In this document: piece after piece, positions 7,978 through 18,435 of the stretch
Numbering within the stretch: position 1 is the first letter of the stretch
Layout: every line of letters starts with the position of its first letter
From: an uncultured Spirochaetota bacterium
Lineage (GTDB): Bacteria > Spirochaetota > Spirochaetia > SZUA-6 > Fen-1364
Direction of reading: 5' to 3'
Assembly: GCA_963734545.1 (NCBI GenBank)
Contig: CAVTHO010000005.1
Span: forward strand, 224,001-288,000
Length of the DNA: 64,000 nt
Notes under the pieces: model-generated
The model's database searches: none
What the model saw: only the letters and a program-made list of their open reading frames with translations
What the model was told of the DNA's origin: nothing
Program-made: the position numbers and the translations under genes

Positions 7978-9628
7978 CGGGCCCGCGATCTCCTGCCTGC
8001 GCGCGTCCTGCCCGGGAACCCTCGGGAGCATTGAGCAGGGCGAAGCTTTCCTTGTTGCTCCTGTACAGCCTCTTGAACACTTCGAATCCGCGCGCGTACA
8101 CGCCGGCGCGCCCTGCATCCGGGGCAAAAGCCTTCCGAATAGAAACGAGGGCCGCGGCAGCCTCGAAGCTGGGGATACGGCCCAATGCTATGCCGCACAG
8201 CAAGGCCGCGCCTGCAGCACCCGCATTCTGCGGGCTCGCGACCGCCTCCACGCGCTTTCCCGTCACGTCGGCGAGGATCTGGCTGGTGCTGTCCGAAATC
8301 GCGCCGCCTCCCGCGAAACGCAGTTTCTCCACCGGGGAGGTCTTTGCCTCCATGCACTCCAGTATCCAGCGCTTGTGATAGGCGATCCCCTCCACCACTG
8401 CGCGAATCAGATTCCGTTTGCCGGTCTCCAGCCCGATATTGAAAAACATTCCGCGGGCATTCGGGTCCTCGAAGGGAGACCTGTTGCCGTGGAGCCAGGG
8501 TGTGAAGATGGCCCCCCCGCTGCCTGCCTCGGTTTCCTGGATCACATGATCGAGGTATTCCAGAAGGGTCGCGTATCCGCTGTCCGGCCGGTCATGCGCC
8601 TGCCGTCCTTCCTGGTAGACGCCGATTTCATCCAGGGCCAGATGGTCCCGTACCCACTCGAGGCACTTCCCTGAAGTCTCCTGCTCGCCGATGTAATTGT
8701 AGAAGCCTGGCCGGGCCGCGAGGATGGAGCCAATGAAGTGGTCCAGATCCACGATGCGCCGCTGCACGACCCGGGAGACCCATCCAGAGGTTCCCACGTA
8801 GACGTGTGTATCACCGGGCGCGACACAGCCGCACCCGACGGCCAGCATGGTCACGTCCCCGCCTCCACCGATGACCGGCGTCCCTTCCCTGAGGCCCAGC
8901 TCGTGCGCGGCAACCGGGGTGAGCGCGCCGACCGTTGCCGTGGAGGGGACGACACCCGGCATGTGCCGCGGCGCGACGCCGAAAGTGCGAAGCAGAGGCC
9001 TGCTCCATCCCCTCCGGCCCGGCCGTGTGTCGTAGAGAAAGGTGACGTGGGCGCTGTCTTCCGTCATCAGCGCGTTGCCCGTGCAGCGCAGGAGCAGATA
9101 CTCCTTCACGTCGAGCCAGGCATGGATCCGACGGAAGACATCCGGCTCATTCTCCCTGACCCATGCATACTTCCACACGGGGTCCTTGACGCTCGCCGAG
9201 GCACCGCCGGTGACAATGAGAGAAAGAAGGAGCCTGCGCGCGTTCAGCCCTGCCACACGAAGCCCGGATCCGATGCCACGGGTCCACTGCGCACCGGCAC
9301 GCTGGTCCATGTAGCTCATGGCGGGACGGAGAGCGCGGCCCTCCGCGTCGACGAGCACCAACCCCTGCATCTGGCAGCAGAAGGAGAGCGCGCCGATCGA
9401 TTCGGAGGGAACCCCGGTCCGGGCCAGCACGTCGCGGGTGGTGACCCTCATGGCATTCCACCAGTCCTCGGGGTCCTGTTCCGCTCCGCCGGAAGGGAAG
9501 ATGCGCAAGGGATACTTCTGGGTCGCGCTTCCGAGCAGCCGCAGCGTGCTGCCCAGCGCGAAAAGGCAGGTCTTTGCGCTCGTGGTTCCGATGTCGAAGG
9601 CAAGGACGTGGAGCGGCTCAGTCATCAT
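7919..9628 (-). CDS. FGGY family carbohydrate kinase (xylulokinase-like)
   Basis: DIGTTSAK, EQDPEDWW, YMDQRA, GGGD, GTSGW, FTPWLHGNRSP, RAVVEG, GGGA.S. Confidence 0.9.
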   Translation of the reverse strand: MMTEPLHVLAFDIGTTSAKTCLFALGSTLRLLGSATQKYPLRIFPSGGAEQDPEDWWNAMRVTTRDVLARTGVPSESIGALSFCCQMQGLVLVDAEGRALRPAMSYMDQRAGAQWTRGIGSGLRVAGLNARRLLLSLIVTGGASASVKDPVWKYAWVRENEPDVFRRIHAWLDVKEYLLLRCTGNALMTEDSAHVTFLYDTRPGRRGWSRPLLRTFGVAPRHMPGVVPSTATVGALTPVAAHELGLREGTPVIGGGGDVTMLAVGCGCVAPGDTHVYVGTSGWVSRVVQRRIVDLDHFIGSILAARPGFYNYIGEQETSGKCLEWVRDHLALDEIGVYQEGRQAHDRPDSGYATLLEYLDHVIQETEAGSGGAIFTPWLHGNRSPFEDPNARGMFFNIGLETGKRNLIRAVVEGIAYHKRWILECMEAKTSPVEKLRFAGGGAISDSTSQILADVTGKRVEAVASPQNAGAAGAALLCGIALGRIPSFEAAAALVSIRKAFAPDAGRAGVYARGFEVFKRLYRSNKESFALLNAPEGSRAGRAQAGDRGPAPESAEYRGALNPRNTAAR

Positions 9629-10280
9629 GGGCGGCCGGCTCCTTCCTCGCGTACTTGCGCAGATAGTACTGGTGCATGAAGCCGGCTTCCAGCCGGTTGA
9701 TGGGCCGGGCGCCGCCGAGAAACTCAGCCTCGATGAACGCCTTGCAGCCCTTCTCCAGTATCTGGCAGCAGGTGAATGCCTCTTCGAGGTCGCGCCCCAC
9801 GCAGATTGCGCCGTGATTGGCGAGCAGGGCCGCGTTGCGGCCGCGCAGGGCTTTCAAGGTGACGCGCACGATCTTCCGGGTGCTGGGCAGCGCATACGCC
9901 GCGCAGCGCACGCCGGGTCCGATGATCTGGGCAAGGTCGTCCAGGATCGGCGGGACATTGCGCCGTGCCGCGGCAACGGTGGAGGCGTTCATCGAATGCG
10001 TATGGACGACCGCCTGTGCATCGCGTCTGTCGGCATAGATCGCCACGTGCAGCCGCCATTCGCTCGAGGGCTTCTTCCCGGTGAAGCTTCCGTCCGCGAG
10101 CGTCACGACGGAGATATCCGAGGGCTCAAGAGTCCGGTAGTCACCTGCCGTCGGCGTGATCACCATGCGAAGGGCATCCAGACGCATGCTGATGTTCCCC
10201 CAGGTTCCCGCGACGAGACCGGTTTCGAGCAGCCTCCGCCCCATGGCGCAGAGCTGCTCTTTCGCAAGGGCCATGTCCAT
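9618..10280 (-). CDS. Class II aldolase/adducin family protein (FucA-like)
   Basis: GTWGNIS, ITPT, PSSEWRLH, HTHS, LLANHG Zn ligands. Confidence 0.9.
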   Translation of the reverse strand: MDMALAKEQLCAMGRRLLETGLVAGTWGNISMRLDALRMVITPTAGDYRTLEPSDISVVTLADGSFTGKKPSSEWRLHVAIYADRRDAQAVVHTHSMNASTVAAARRNVPPILDDLAQIIGPGVRCAAYALPSTRKIVRVTLKALRGRNAALLANHGAICVGRDLEEAFTCCQILEKGCKAFIEAEFLGGARPINRLEAGFMHQYYLRKYARKEPAAHDD

Positions 10281-11749
10281 CACGCTGCCCCCTCTTTCTG
10301 CGCGGTCTCCCCGACATTGGCGAAGACCCGGTCGAAGCGCTCCAGGGCGTCGTCGACCACCTCGTCCGTGTCCGCGGCGCTCGTGTACAGCCTGCTTCCT
10401 GCCAGCGTCACGATCCCCTCTGCCGTGAATGCGGCGCCGAACTCCTCCATCATCTGCTTTCTCTGCTTGATCTCCTTCAGCACCCTGAGGATGCGCAGGA
10501 GTTTCAGCTCGACGAACATGCCGGCCGCTGTTTCCAGGTGGCAGATCGAGCCCTGGTTGTACGCCACGTAGGGAAGCCCGCGCCGCGCCAGAAGCATCTT
10601 CAACCCCTCGGTGAGCCGGTCCCCCGCCCGCCCCGCCGCCTCGCACGCGCCCGTCCTCTCGATCTCCTGAATCGTGAAGAATCCGGCTGCCGCGCTCACC
10701 GGGGTGGCGGCCAGAGTGCCGCCGCAGTACGCGCGCCTTTTTCCGCTCTCTATCCCCGCTGCGAGCAGCCTGAGGAGATCGCTGCGTCCGCCGAGGCCGC
10801 CTGCCCCGGGGAAGCCTCCTGCCACGATCTTCCCGAAGATCGTGAGGTCGGGCCGTACATTGAAATAGCCCTGGGCCCCGCCGAGTCCGACGCGAAAACC
10901 GCTGACCACCTCGTCGAAGACCAGGAGCGCACCGTACCTGTCGCAGAGGCGTCGGGCTTCGCGGTTGTAGTCCGCTGTCACGGGACGCGTCCCGCTTTCT
11001 GGTCCAAGAGGCTCGAGGATGACGGCGGCAGTGCCTCCGCGCAGCCGGTTCACCGACAGGACCCTTTCCAGAGAAGCAAGGTCATTCGGCCTGGCCTCTG
11101 TTGTGTGACGTGTGCTGGACCGGGGAATGCCATGCGCCTCGAACCTCCGCGTGCCGGGAATCTTCAGGCTGTATACCATCTGATCCGACCACCCGTGATA
11201 TGCGCCTCCGATCTTCACGATTTTCGCCTTGCCGGTTGCCAGCCGGGCAACGCGCAGCGCGGCCATCACCGCTTCGGTTCCGCTGCCGAGCATGCGGAAC
11301 ATCTCCACGGCCGGCATGTGGCGGCGGATTTCCTTTGCCAGCGCGAGCTCGAACTCGTGGAAGAGCCCCGTCGAAGGGCCGCAGCGATTGAGGAGACGGA
11401 TGACCTGGTCGCGCACAGCGGGAGGGTTGCTGCCGAGAATGGTCGGCCCGCCTGCCTGCAGGAAATCGATGTAGCGGTTCCCGTCGATGTCATAGAGGTA
11501 GGGTCCCTCGGCCCTGTCGATCACGAGGGGGAACGGATAGTTGAAAGCGAGGTTGTGCTGGACGCCGCCGGGGATGTACTGCCTGGCTTCCGTGATAATA
11601 ACTTTCGACTTGCTGCACTTCTCGTCGAAGCATCGAAGATAGCGATCCATGGCCTCGCGGCGGATAGGAAGGGCCGGGCGCCGCATGAGTGCCGCCAGCT
11701 GCGCATAGATCGCCGTCACGTCATGATAGTTGCTGATTCCGTACCCCAT
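10280..11749 (-). CDS. Class III PLP aminotransferase (GSA-aminomutase-like fold, substrate unknown)
   Basis: IPGGV, DIDGNRYIDF, SGTEA, YHGW, FDEVVSGFR, GKIVAGGFP, GGT. Confidence 0.88.
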   Translation of the reverse strand: MGYGISNYHDVTAIYAQLAALMRRPALPIRREAMDRYLRCFDEKCSKSKVIITEARQYIPGGVQHNLAFNYPFPLVIDRAEGPYLYDIDGNRYIDFLQAGGPTILGSNPPAVRDQVIRLLNRCGPSTGLFHEFELALAKEIRRHMPAVEMFRMLGSGTEAVMAALRVARLATGKAKIVKIGGAYHGWSDQMVYSLKIPGTRRFEAHGIPRSSTRHTTEARPNDLASLERVLSVNRLRGGTAAVILEPLGPESGTRPVTADYNREARRLCDRYGALLVFDEVVSGFRVGLGGAQGYFNVRPDLTIFGKIVAGGFPGAGGLGGRSDLLRLLAAGIESGKRRAYCGGTLAATPVSAAAGFFTIQEIERTGACEAAGRAGDRLTEGLKMLLARRGLPYVAYNQGSICHLETAAGMFVELKLLRILRVLKEIKQRKQMMEEFGAAFTAEGIVTLAGSRLYTSAADTDEVVDDALERFDRVFANVGETAQKEGAA

Positions 11750-11801
11750 CGCCGATCCCCTTGATTTCGCCTAAGTGCATGATAGACTCATGCTTCGTGG
11801 C

Positions 11802-11817
11802 GAGTGAGTGCTCACTC
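11802..11817. promoter_or_regulatory. Candidate TetR operator
   Basis: 7-2-7 inverted repeat GAGTGAG-TG-CTCACTC in the divergent intergenic region next to the TetR gene. Confidence 0.65.
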
Positions 11818-11887
11818 CCAATAGTGTATCTCAATTTATCAGGTTTCGATAGAATTGCAAGAGCTGTTGTACAAGGGGAATCACCGC

Positions 11888-12556
11888 ATGGAAGAACAGT
11901 ATTTCACCGCCACATTCGGCCGGCTCCCGCTCGAAAAACAGGAGCGTCTCCTCACGATTGCCAAGCAGGCGTTCGCGAAGGGCGGTTTTGCCGCAACGAG
12001 CGTGAACGCCATTGCGGCTGCCGCGGGAATCAGCATTGGTACACTGTATAAGTACTTTCGCTCCAAGGAAGACCTCTTCCTGACGATCATCGGCCAGGGC
12101 CACGACCTGCTGCAAAACGTATTGGAGGGAATTGTCGGCGGCACCGATCTCCTGCCGGCCAAGATAGAGCGTCTTCTCCAGGCCGCAGTCGCCTATTCCG
12201 AACAGGACCCGGATTTCGTGAAGATCTACATCGACTGCACGACGCAGGGCCTTGCGCCGCTGGCGGCCCGCTTGTCACGCAGCATCGAGAGCATCGCCGC
12301 GGACGCGTACCGCCGCCTCCTCAGCGAAGCTCAAGCGCGTGGAGAGATCGATCCTGCGCTGGACACATCCGTCGCCGCCTTCTGTCTCGACAACCTTCTC
12401 CTCATGCTCCAGTACTCCTTCGGCTGCGGCTACTACCGGGAAAGGCTCGCCCTGTTCGCAGGCAGCACAGCCCTGTCCGACCCGCAAACCGTGATCAAGG
12501 GAAGCATGCACTTCATCGCGAACGCGCTCGGCTGTGTCGCGCATGAGTCCGGTTGA
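11888..12556 (+). CDS. TetR/AcrR family transcriptional regulator
   Basis: TSVNAIAAAAGISIGTLYKYFRSKEDL HTH. Confidence 0.93.
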   Translation: MEEQYFTATFGRLPLEKQERLLTIAKQAFAKGGFAATSVNAIAAAAGISIGTLYKYFRSKEDLFLTIIGQGHDLLQNVLEGIVGGTDLLPAKIERLLQAAVAYSEQDPDFVKIYIDCTTQGLAPLAARLSRSIESIAADAYRRLLSEAQARGEIDPALDTSVAAFCLDNLLLMLQYSFGCGYYRERLALFAGSTALSDPQTVIKGSMHFIANALGCVAHESG

Positions 12557-12656
12557 TGGTTGTTGTCCGCGGAGGAGCCGCTCGTTAATTTATACGTGGC
12601 GCGCGTGCTCTGCCGTACTGCCGCAGGGGAGCCGGAGCGCCGCCAAGGAGGCTCCG

Positions 12657-13862
12657 GTGATCATCGAACCGAAAATCAGGAATAATGTCTGCCTGACCGC
12701 ACACCCCACGGGGTGCGCCCGTCAGGTGGCAGACCAGATCGAATACGTGCGGAAACACGGCGTAATGAAATCGGCCGCAGGGCTCCCGACCCGGGCCCTG
12801 ATTGTCGGCTCCTCCAATGGCTACGGGCTGGCTTCCCGCATCGTGGCCGCGTACGGATGCGGTGCAGCCACGGTCGGCATCGCCTTCGAGCGGCCCGGCT
12901 CCAACGACCAGGGTCGTGACAAAGTCGGCACGGCCGGCTGGTACAACGACCAGGCGTTCCTGAAACGCGCGGCGGCCGACGGCCTGGGTGCGTGGAGCCT
13001 GAACGGCGACGCCTTCTCCCAGGAAGTGAAAGATCAGGCAATCGATCTGATCCGCAGCAACCTCGGCCCTGTAGACCTCCTGATCTACAGCATCGCCTCC
13101 CCTCGGCGGCAGGATCCTGCCACCGGCACCCTCCACTCTTCGGTAATCAAGCCGATCGGCAAGCCGTACGTATCAGCCAGCCTTGATTTTCTGACCGGAG
13201 TAGTGTCGGAAACGCGCGCCGATCCCGCGGTCTCCCAGCAGGAAATCGACGACACGGTCAAGGTCATGGGCGGTGAGGACTGGAAGCTCTGGGTGGAGGC
13301 GCTCCAGCGGGCAGGCCTGCTCGCGGACCGCGCAACCACCGTCGCATTCTCCTACATCGGACCGTCCTTTACCGCTCCCATCTATCGGGACGGCACTATC
13401 GGCCGGGCCAAGGAGCACCTGGAGGAGACCGCCCGGCAGCTTCACAGCGTCCTTTCACGGCGCGGCGGCCGGGCACTGGTGTCGGTGAACAAGGCCCTGG
13501 TCACGCGGGCCAGCGCCGTCATACCTGCGGTTCCGCTTTACATCGCCATACTCTACCGGGTCATGAAGGAGAAGGGACTGCACGAGGCGTGCATCCAGCA
13601 GATGGACCGGCTCTTCCGCGAATTCCTGTACGCGGACCGCCCGCTGCAGGTTGACAGTGAGGGCCGGGTACGGCTGGATGACCTGGAGATGAGGGAGGAC
13701 GTGCAGGGCGAGGTGGCACGACGCTGGCAGCAGGCCGCAACGGATACCATCCAGCAGCTGGCGGACGTGGAGGGATTCCGCAGTGAATACCTCAACTATC
13801 ATGGATTCGGCGTGCACGGCATCGACTACGGCGTAGAAGTGGATCCGCGCGGAGACGCGTAG
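12657..13862 (+). CDS. fabV: Enoyl-ACP reductase FabV / trans-2-enoyl-CoA reductase (Ter)
   Basis: AHPTGC, GSSNGYGLASRI, GTAGWYN, GDAFS, YSIASP, VMGGEDW, Y.DGTIGRAK, HEACIQQ. Confidence 0.93.
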   Translation: MIIEPKIRNNVCLTAHPTGCARQVADQIEYVRKHGVMKSAAGLPTRALIVGSSNGYGLASRIVAAYGCGAATVGIAFERPGSNDQGRDKVGTAGWYNDQAFLKRAAADGLGAWSLNGDAFSQEVKDQAIDLIRSNLGPVDLLIYSIASPRRQDPATGTLHSSVIKPIGKPYVSASLDFLTGVVSETRADPAVSQQEIDDTVKVMGGEDWKLWVEALQRAGLLADRATTVAFSYIGPSFTAPIYRDGTIGRAKEHLEETARQLHSVLSRRGGRALVSVNKALVTRASAVIPAVPLYIAILYRVMKEKGLHEACIQQMDRLFREFLYADRPLQVDSEGRVRLDDLEMREDVQGEVARRWQQAATDTIQQLADVEGFRSEYLNYHGFGVHGIDYGVEVDPRGDA

Positions 13863-14057
13863 GCATGGATGCCGAGGGCGAGCGAGTCCAGGGATGGACG
13901 AAAGCGAGCCCGTAGGCCTTCCGCGGTATCCCGCGGAGTTGGATGGCGAGGGCGAGCGAGTCCAGGGATGGACGAAAGCGAGCCCGTAGCCAGGACGGCG
14001 AGGGCCGACGAGCACATGGATGTGCGAAAGGAGGCCCGTAGCCCTTCCGCGGTGGGT
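13858..14057 (+). repeat. Array of three structured GTAG-preceded units with GGA-loop hairpins (family C), with one embedded module B hairpin
   Basis: GAGGGCGAGCGAGTCCAGGGATGGACGAAAGCGAGCCCGTAG x2 plus variant GAGGGCCGACGAGCACATGGATGTGCGAAAGGAGGCCCGTAG. Confidence 0.9.
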
Positions 14058-14092
14058 CAGTGAAGCGTCCGAGGGTGTGAGAGAAGCTGTAC

Positions 14093-15876
14093 CTAGAACA
14101 GTCCCTTCACCCTGCCCGTGTCTCAACGTCCACGTCGATGTTGCGGAACGCCGGCTCCGACGCGGTCCCGGGCATCAGCTTGATGTCTCCCGCCACGGGC
14201 ACGATGAACCCCGCCCCCCGGTACTGCAGGATGTCGCGGATGGGAAGCGTCCACCCCTTCGGCCGTGCCCTTGATGCGTCGGGTCGTGCGACAGGGAGAG
14301 GTGCGTCTTCACCATGCAGGTGCCCAGCTTCGAGAGCTCGGCGTCCGCCTCTATGGCCTTCAGCTTCTCCTGCGCCAGCCGGCGTGTAGGAGACCCCGTC
14401 CGCGCCGTAGACCTTGGTGGCGATGAGCCGGATCCGCTCCGACAGCGGCGTGGAAAGCTCGTAGAGGAACTTGAACTTCGACGGCTGGTTGCAGGCGTCC
14501 ACCACGGTCTCCGCCAGCTCCACGCGCGCCCTCGCCGCCCTTTTCCCAGTGCTTCGAGACGCGCCACACGCGCGCCCGCGGCTTCCGCGGCACTTGCTGC
14601 ATGAGCGGCGATCTCCTCGTCGGTGTCCGTGTAGAAGTGGTTGATGCAGACCACGGGCTCGATGCCCGGAGAGCTTGATCGTCTCGATGTGCGCCACGAG
14701 GTTCTCCAGCCCCTTCTCCACCAGCGGCACGTTCTTTTCCGTGTAGGCCTTGTCCAGCGCCTTCCCGGGCGCCACCCGCGGCCCGCCGCCGTGCATCTTC
14801 AGCGCGCGCACGGTGCACACGAGCACGGAGCAGTTCGGCGTGAGCCCGCTGAAGCGGCACTTCAGGTTCCAGAACTTCTCGAACCCGATGTCCGCGGCGA
14901 AGCCGCTCTCCGTCACGTGGTAGTCGGCCAGCTTCAGCGCCACGCGGTCCGCGATGATCGACGACTGGCCGATGGCGATGTTGGCAAAGGGCCCCGCGTG
15001 CACGAGCACCGGCTGGCCCTCGATGGTCTGCAGGAGGTTCGGGTTGATGGCCTTGGCCATGAGGGCGGTCATGGCCCCGTCACAGCCCAGGTCGTGCGTG
15101 GTGACGGGCTGCCCGGACTTGCTGTAGGCCACGACGATCCGGCCCATGCGCTCGCGCATGTCCTTCAGGTCCGAGGCAACGGCGAGGATGGCCATGATCT
15201 CCGAGGAGACGGTGATCTGGAACCCGCTCTTCATCATGAACCCGTCCATGTCGGAGCCCAGGCCGATGATGATCTCCCGCAGCGCCTGCGCGCAGAAGTC
15301 GATGCACCAGCCCTGCGCGATGTTGCGGGGGTCGATGTCCAGGCGCGTGAGGCCGCGCTTGCGCGAGGCCCGCGTCGCCGTAGTTGAACTCGTGCTGCAT
15401 CCGCGCGGTGAGCGCCACCATGGAGAGGTTGTGCGCGTTGGTGATGGCATCGATGTCGCCGGTGAGCCCGAGGGAGAAATCGGTGAGCGGGATGCACTGC
15501 GCCAGCCCGCCGCCCGCGGCCGAGCCCTTGATGTTGAACGTCGGTCCCGCCGGAAGGCTGGCGGATGGCGCCGATGACCTTCTTGCCGATCTTCCCGAGG
15601 CCCTCCACGAGCCCCATGGTCGTGGTGGACTTGCCCTCGCCCAGGGGGGTGGGGGTGATGGCCGTGACCTCGACGTATTTCCCGTCGGGCCGTGCCTGTC
15701 AGCCTGTTCGAGGATGCTCATGTAGTCGAGCTTGGCCACATAGTGGCCGTAGGGCAGGAGCTCCTTTTCCTCGAGGCCCAGCTCCCGGCGCAAGCTGCTT
15801 CACCGGCTTCATGTCCGGCTTCCGCGGCCTCCGCAATCTCCCAGTCCTTCATCGTCTTCGGATCAAGCCTGCTCAT
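14093..15876 (-). CDS. fhs: Formate--tetrahydrofolate ligase (several frameshifts in this assembly)
   Basis: [15 protein letters not shown] start, [61 protein letters not shown]; ends GRVKGLF* across frames. Confidence 0.92.
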
Positions 15877-15994
15877 CTTCTCCTCCTCGGCTGCAACCTC
15901 GCGCGCATCATGCGGAGATGAACCGTGCGTAGTGTATATCCCCTGCCCGGGGGTAGCAACTGATCCGCTCACCGTTGTATCCTCGGCCCGTACA

Positions 15995-17450
15995 ATGACC
16001 TCACCGCAGGACTCCCACACGCACGATGCACCGGCACACGATGAGGGCGGTTTTTTCCAGCGGCTTGCCCGGCGCACGGAGAGCTCCCTTCTCTGCGTGG
16101 GCATCGATCCGCCCCTGGAGGCTGTCCCCGTCGGGGAGCTCTTCGCATACGGCCGGAGGATCGTGGACGCTACGCGCGAAGCGGCATGCCTGTACAAGCC
16201 GAACATCGCATTCTTCGAGGCGCGCGGCATCGAGGGTCTGGAAAGGCTGCGGGAGCTGATCGACTACATTCACGAGGCAGGCTTCCTCGTGCTCCTCGAC
16301 GCCAAGAGGGGCGACATCTCCTCCACGGCCGCCGCGTACGGGCATGCGGCCTTCACCCAGTGGCGGGCGGACGCCCTGACGGTCAACCCGCTCCTCGGCG
16401 GGGATGGTGTGGAGCCGTTCACCGCGTACACGGATCGCGGCGTCTTTATCCTGTGTCATACCTCCAATCCCGGGGCGAAGGAGCTCCAGGAGCTCGATGT
16501 GGGAGGCATGCCCCTGTACGAGCGCATCGCCCGGCTTGCCGACGGATGGAACTCGCGCGGCAACGTGGGTCTCGTGGTGGGAGCAACGTTTCCGGAGGTT
16601 CTCGAGCGCGTGCGCATGATCGTACCGGATATGTGGCTGCTGCTTCCCGGCATCGGCGCCCAGGGCGGCGACCTCGACGCGAGTCTCGAGGCGGCATTGG
16701 ACGACTCGGGAACCAGGGTCCTCGTGAATGTATCCCGCTCAATCTCGGACGCCGCCGACCCGCGCGCAGCGGCAATCGCGTACAGGGACCGGGTGAACAC
16801 CGCCCGGGAGAAGCGTGCGCGGCGCGCCAGGACACTGCGGCCGGGCACATCCCGCGCTCTTGCCGACCAGATCGCCCTGGGCCTGCACGAGCTGGGCGCC
16901 ATTCGCTTCGGAGAGTTCACCCTCAAGTCCGGACTGCTTTCCCCCCTGTACGTCGATCTCCGTCTCCTGGTGAGCAACCCGAAGCTCATGGCGCTCGTGG
17001 CGCGCTCGCTCGCCCGGCTTCTGCAGGACCTCCGGTTCGACCGCATCGCGGCCATTCCCTACGGCGGGCTCCCCATCGGACAGGCCGTGGCAATGGCGTG
17101 CGACAGACCGCTCATCTATCCGCGCAAGGAGGCCAAGGAGCACGGGACGAAGAACCTGATCGAAGGCGCATACTCGGCCGGAGAGACGGTCGTCGTCCTG
17201 GATGACCTGATCACGACCGGCGGGAGCAAGCTCGAGGCCATGGCGCCGCTCACGGACGCGGGCCTGAAGGTGAAGGACGTGGTCGTCCTGGTGGACCGGG
17301 AACAGGGCGGAAGAGCAGGAGCTCGCCGCGCATGGGCTGGCTCTCCATGCCGTGCTCACGCTAAGCGAGCTCCTGGACTCACTGGTGCGCGGCGGCAGGA
17401 TCAGCGAAACGGTGCGCAGGGATGTGCGCGCTCGCCTCGGGATCGGTTGA
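15995..17450 (+). CDS. pyrF: Bifunctional OMP decarboxylase / orotate phosphoribosyltransferase (PyrF-PyrE fusion; frameshift near 17312)
   Basis: [30 protein letters not shown], then [33 protein letters not shown]. Confidence 0.92.
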
Positions 17451-18435
17451 CCTTTCCTGCCGGATCGCGGGGGTTCGCCTTTCCAATCCCCTCGTCCTGG
17501 CCTCCGGTATCTGGGGCACCTCTCCCTCCCTGCTGGAGCGGGCCGCCCGTACGGGAGCCGGCGCGGTCACCGCAAAGACCTGCACCCCCGTCCCGCGCAG
17601 GGGCCACAGGAATCCGACGGCAATCGACTGGGGTCATGGCCTGATCAACGCCATGGGGCTGCCGAATCCGGGCGCGGAGGAGGAGGTCAGGCTCCTTCAG
17701 GAAGCCGTCCGCAGGCTGGCCCCCCTCGGGGTGCCGCTCATTGCGAGCATCTCCGCGGACACGGCGGAGGACTTCGGCCGAGGCCGCCGCGATCGTCTCA
17801 CGCGCGGGCCCTGCCCTCATCGAGGTGAACATCTCCTGCCCCAACGTGCAGTCGGAGCAATGCGAGATGTTCGCCGCCTCGGCGGAGGCTGCCGCGCAGG
17901 TCACGCGCAGCGTGAAAGCCGCCACGTCCATCCCCTGCATCATCAAGCTCTCCCCGAACGTGCCCGACATCGGGGCGATCGCCCGGGCGGTCGTGGCCGC
18001 GGGCGCGGACGCCATCACGGCCATCAACACCATGCCGGGCATGCTCGTGGATGCGGAGACAGGCGCGCCGGTTCTGGCCAACCGCAGCGGCGGCATCTCG
18101 GGGCCGGCGCTCAAGCCCATTGCGCTTCGATGCGTGCACGAGATCGCCTCGGCCGTGGAGCGTTCCCCTCATCGGCACCGGCGGCGTGCTCTCGGGCCAG
18201 GATGCGGTGGAGATGATATCCGCGGGCGCGGTCTGCGTGGGAGTGGGCTCCGCTGTCTTCTATCGCGGGGAGAACGCGTTCTCGCTCATCCGGGACGAGC
18301 TCTCCCGATGGCTGCGGGACCGCGGGTACACCTGTCTGCAGGAGATCCGCGGCAGGACCCACCGGCCATTGGACGCGCGAGGCGGGAGCAATCCCGCCGC
18401 CCGTGCCCGGCTGGGAGGAAGACGATGCCCGATAG
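17422..18435 (+). CDS. pyrD: Dihydroorotate dehydrogenase family 1B catalytic subunit (frameshifted)
   Basis: [56 protein letters not shown] over three frames. Confidence 0.9.

Noticed and set aside
10280-11749. Naming the class III aminotransferase hemL
   Set aside because: N-terminal motif reads PGGVQHN rather than PGGVNSP, and the context is sugar catabolism
13870-14050. Hammerhead ribozyme-like look (..GA-GUCC..GGAC-GAAA; CCGACGA-GCAC..GUGC-GAAA)
   Set aside because: The CUGANGA core is not intact, and no stem III with a U-H cleavage site or stem I could be formed by eye
13858-14057. CRISPR array
   Set aside because: Only 2-3 units, irregular hairpin-forming spacers and no cas genes in the window
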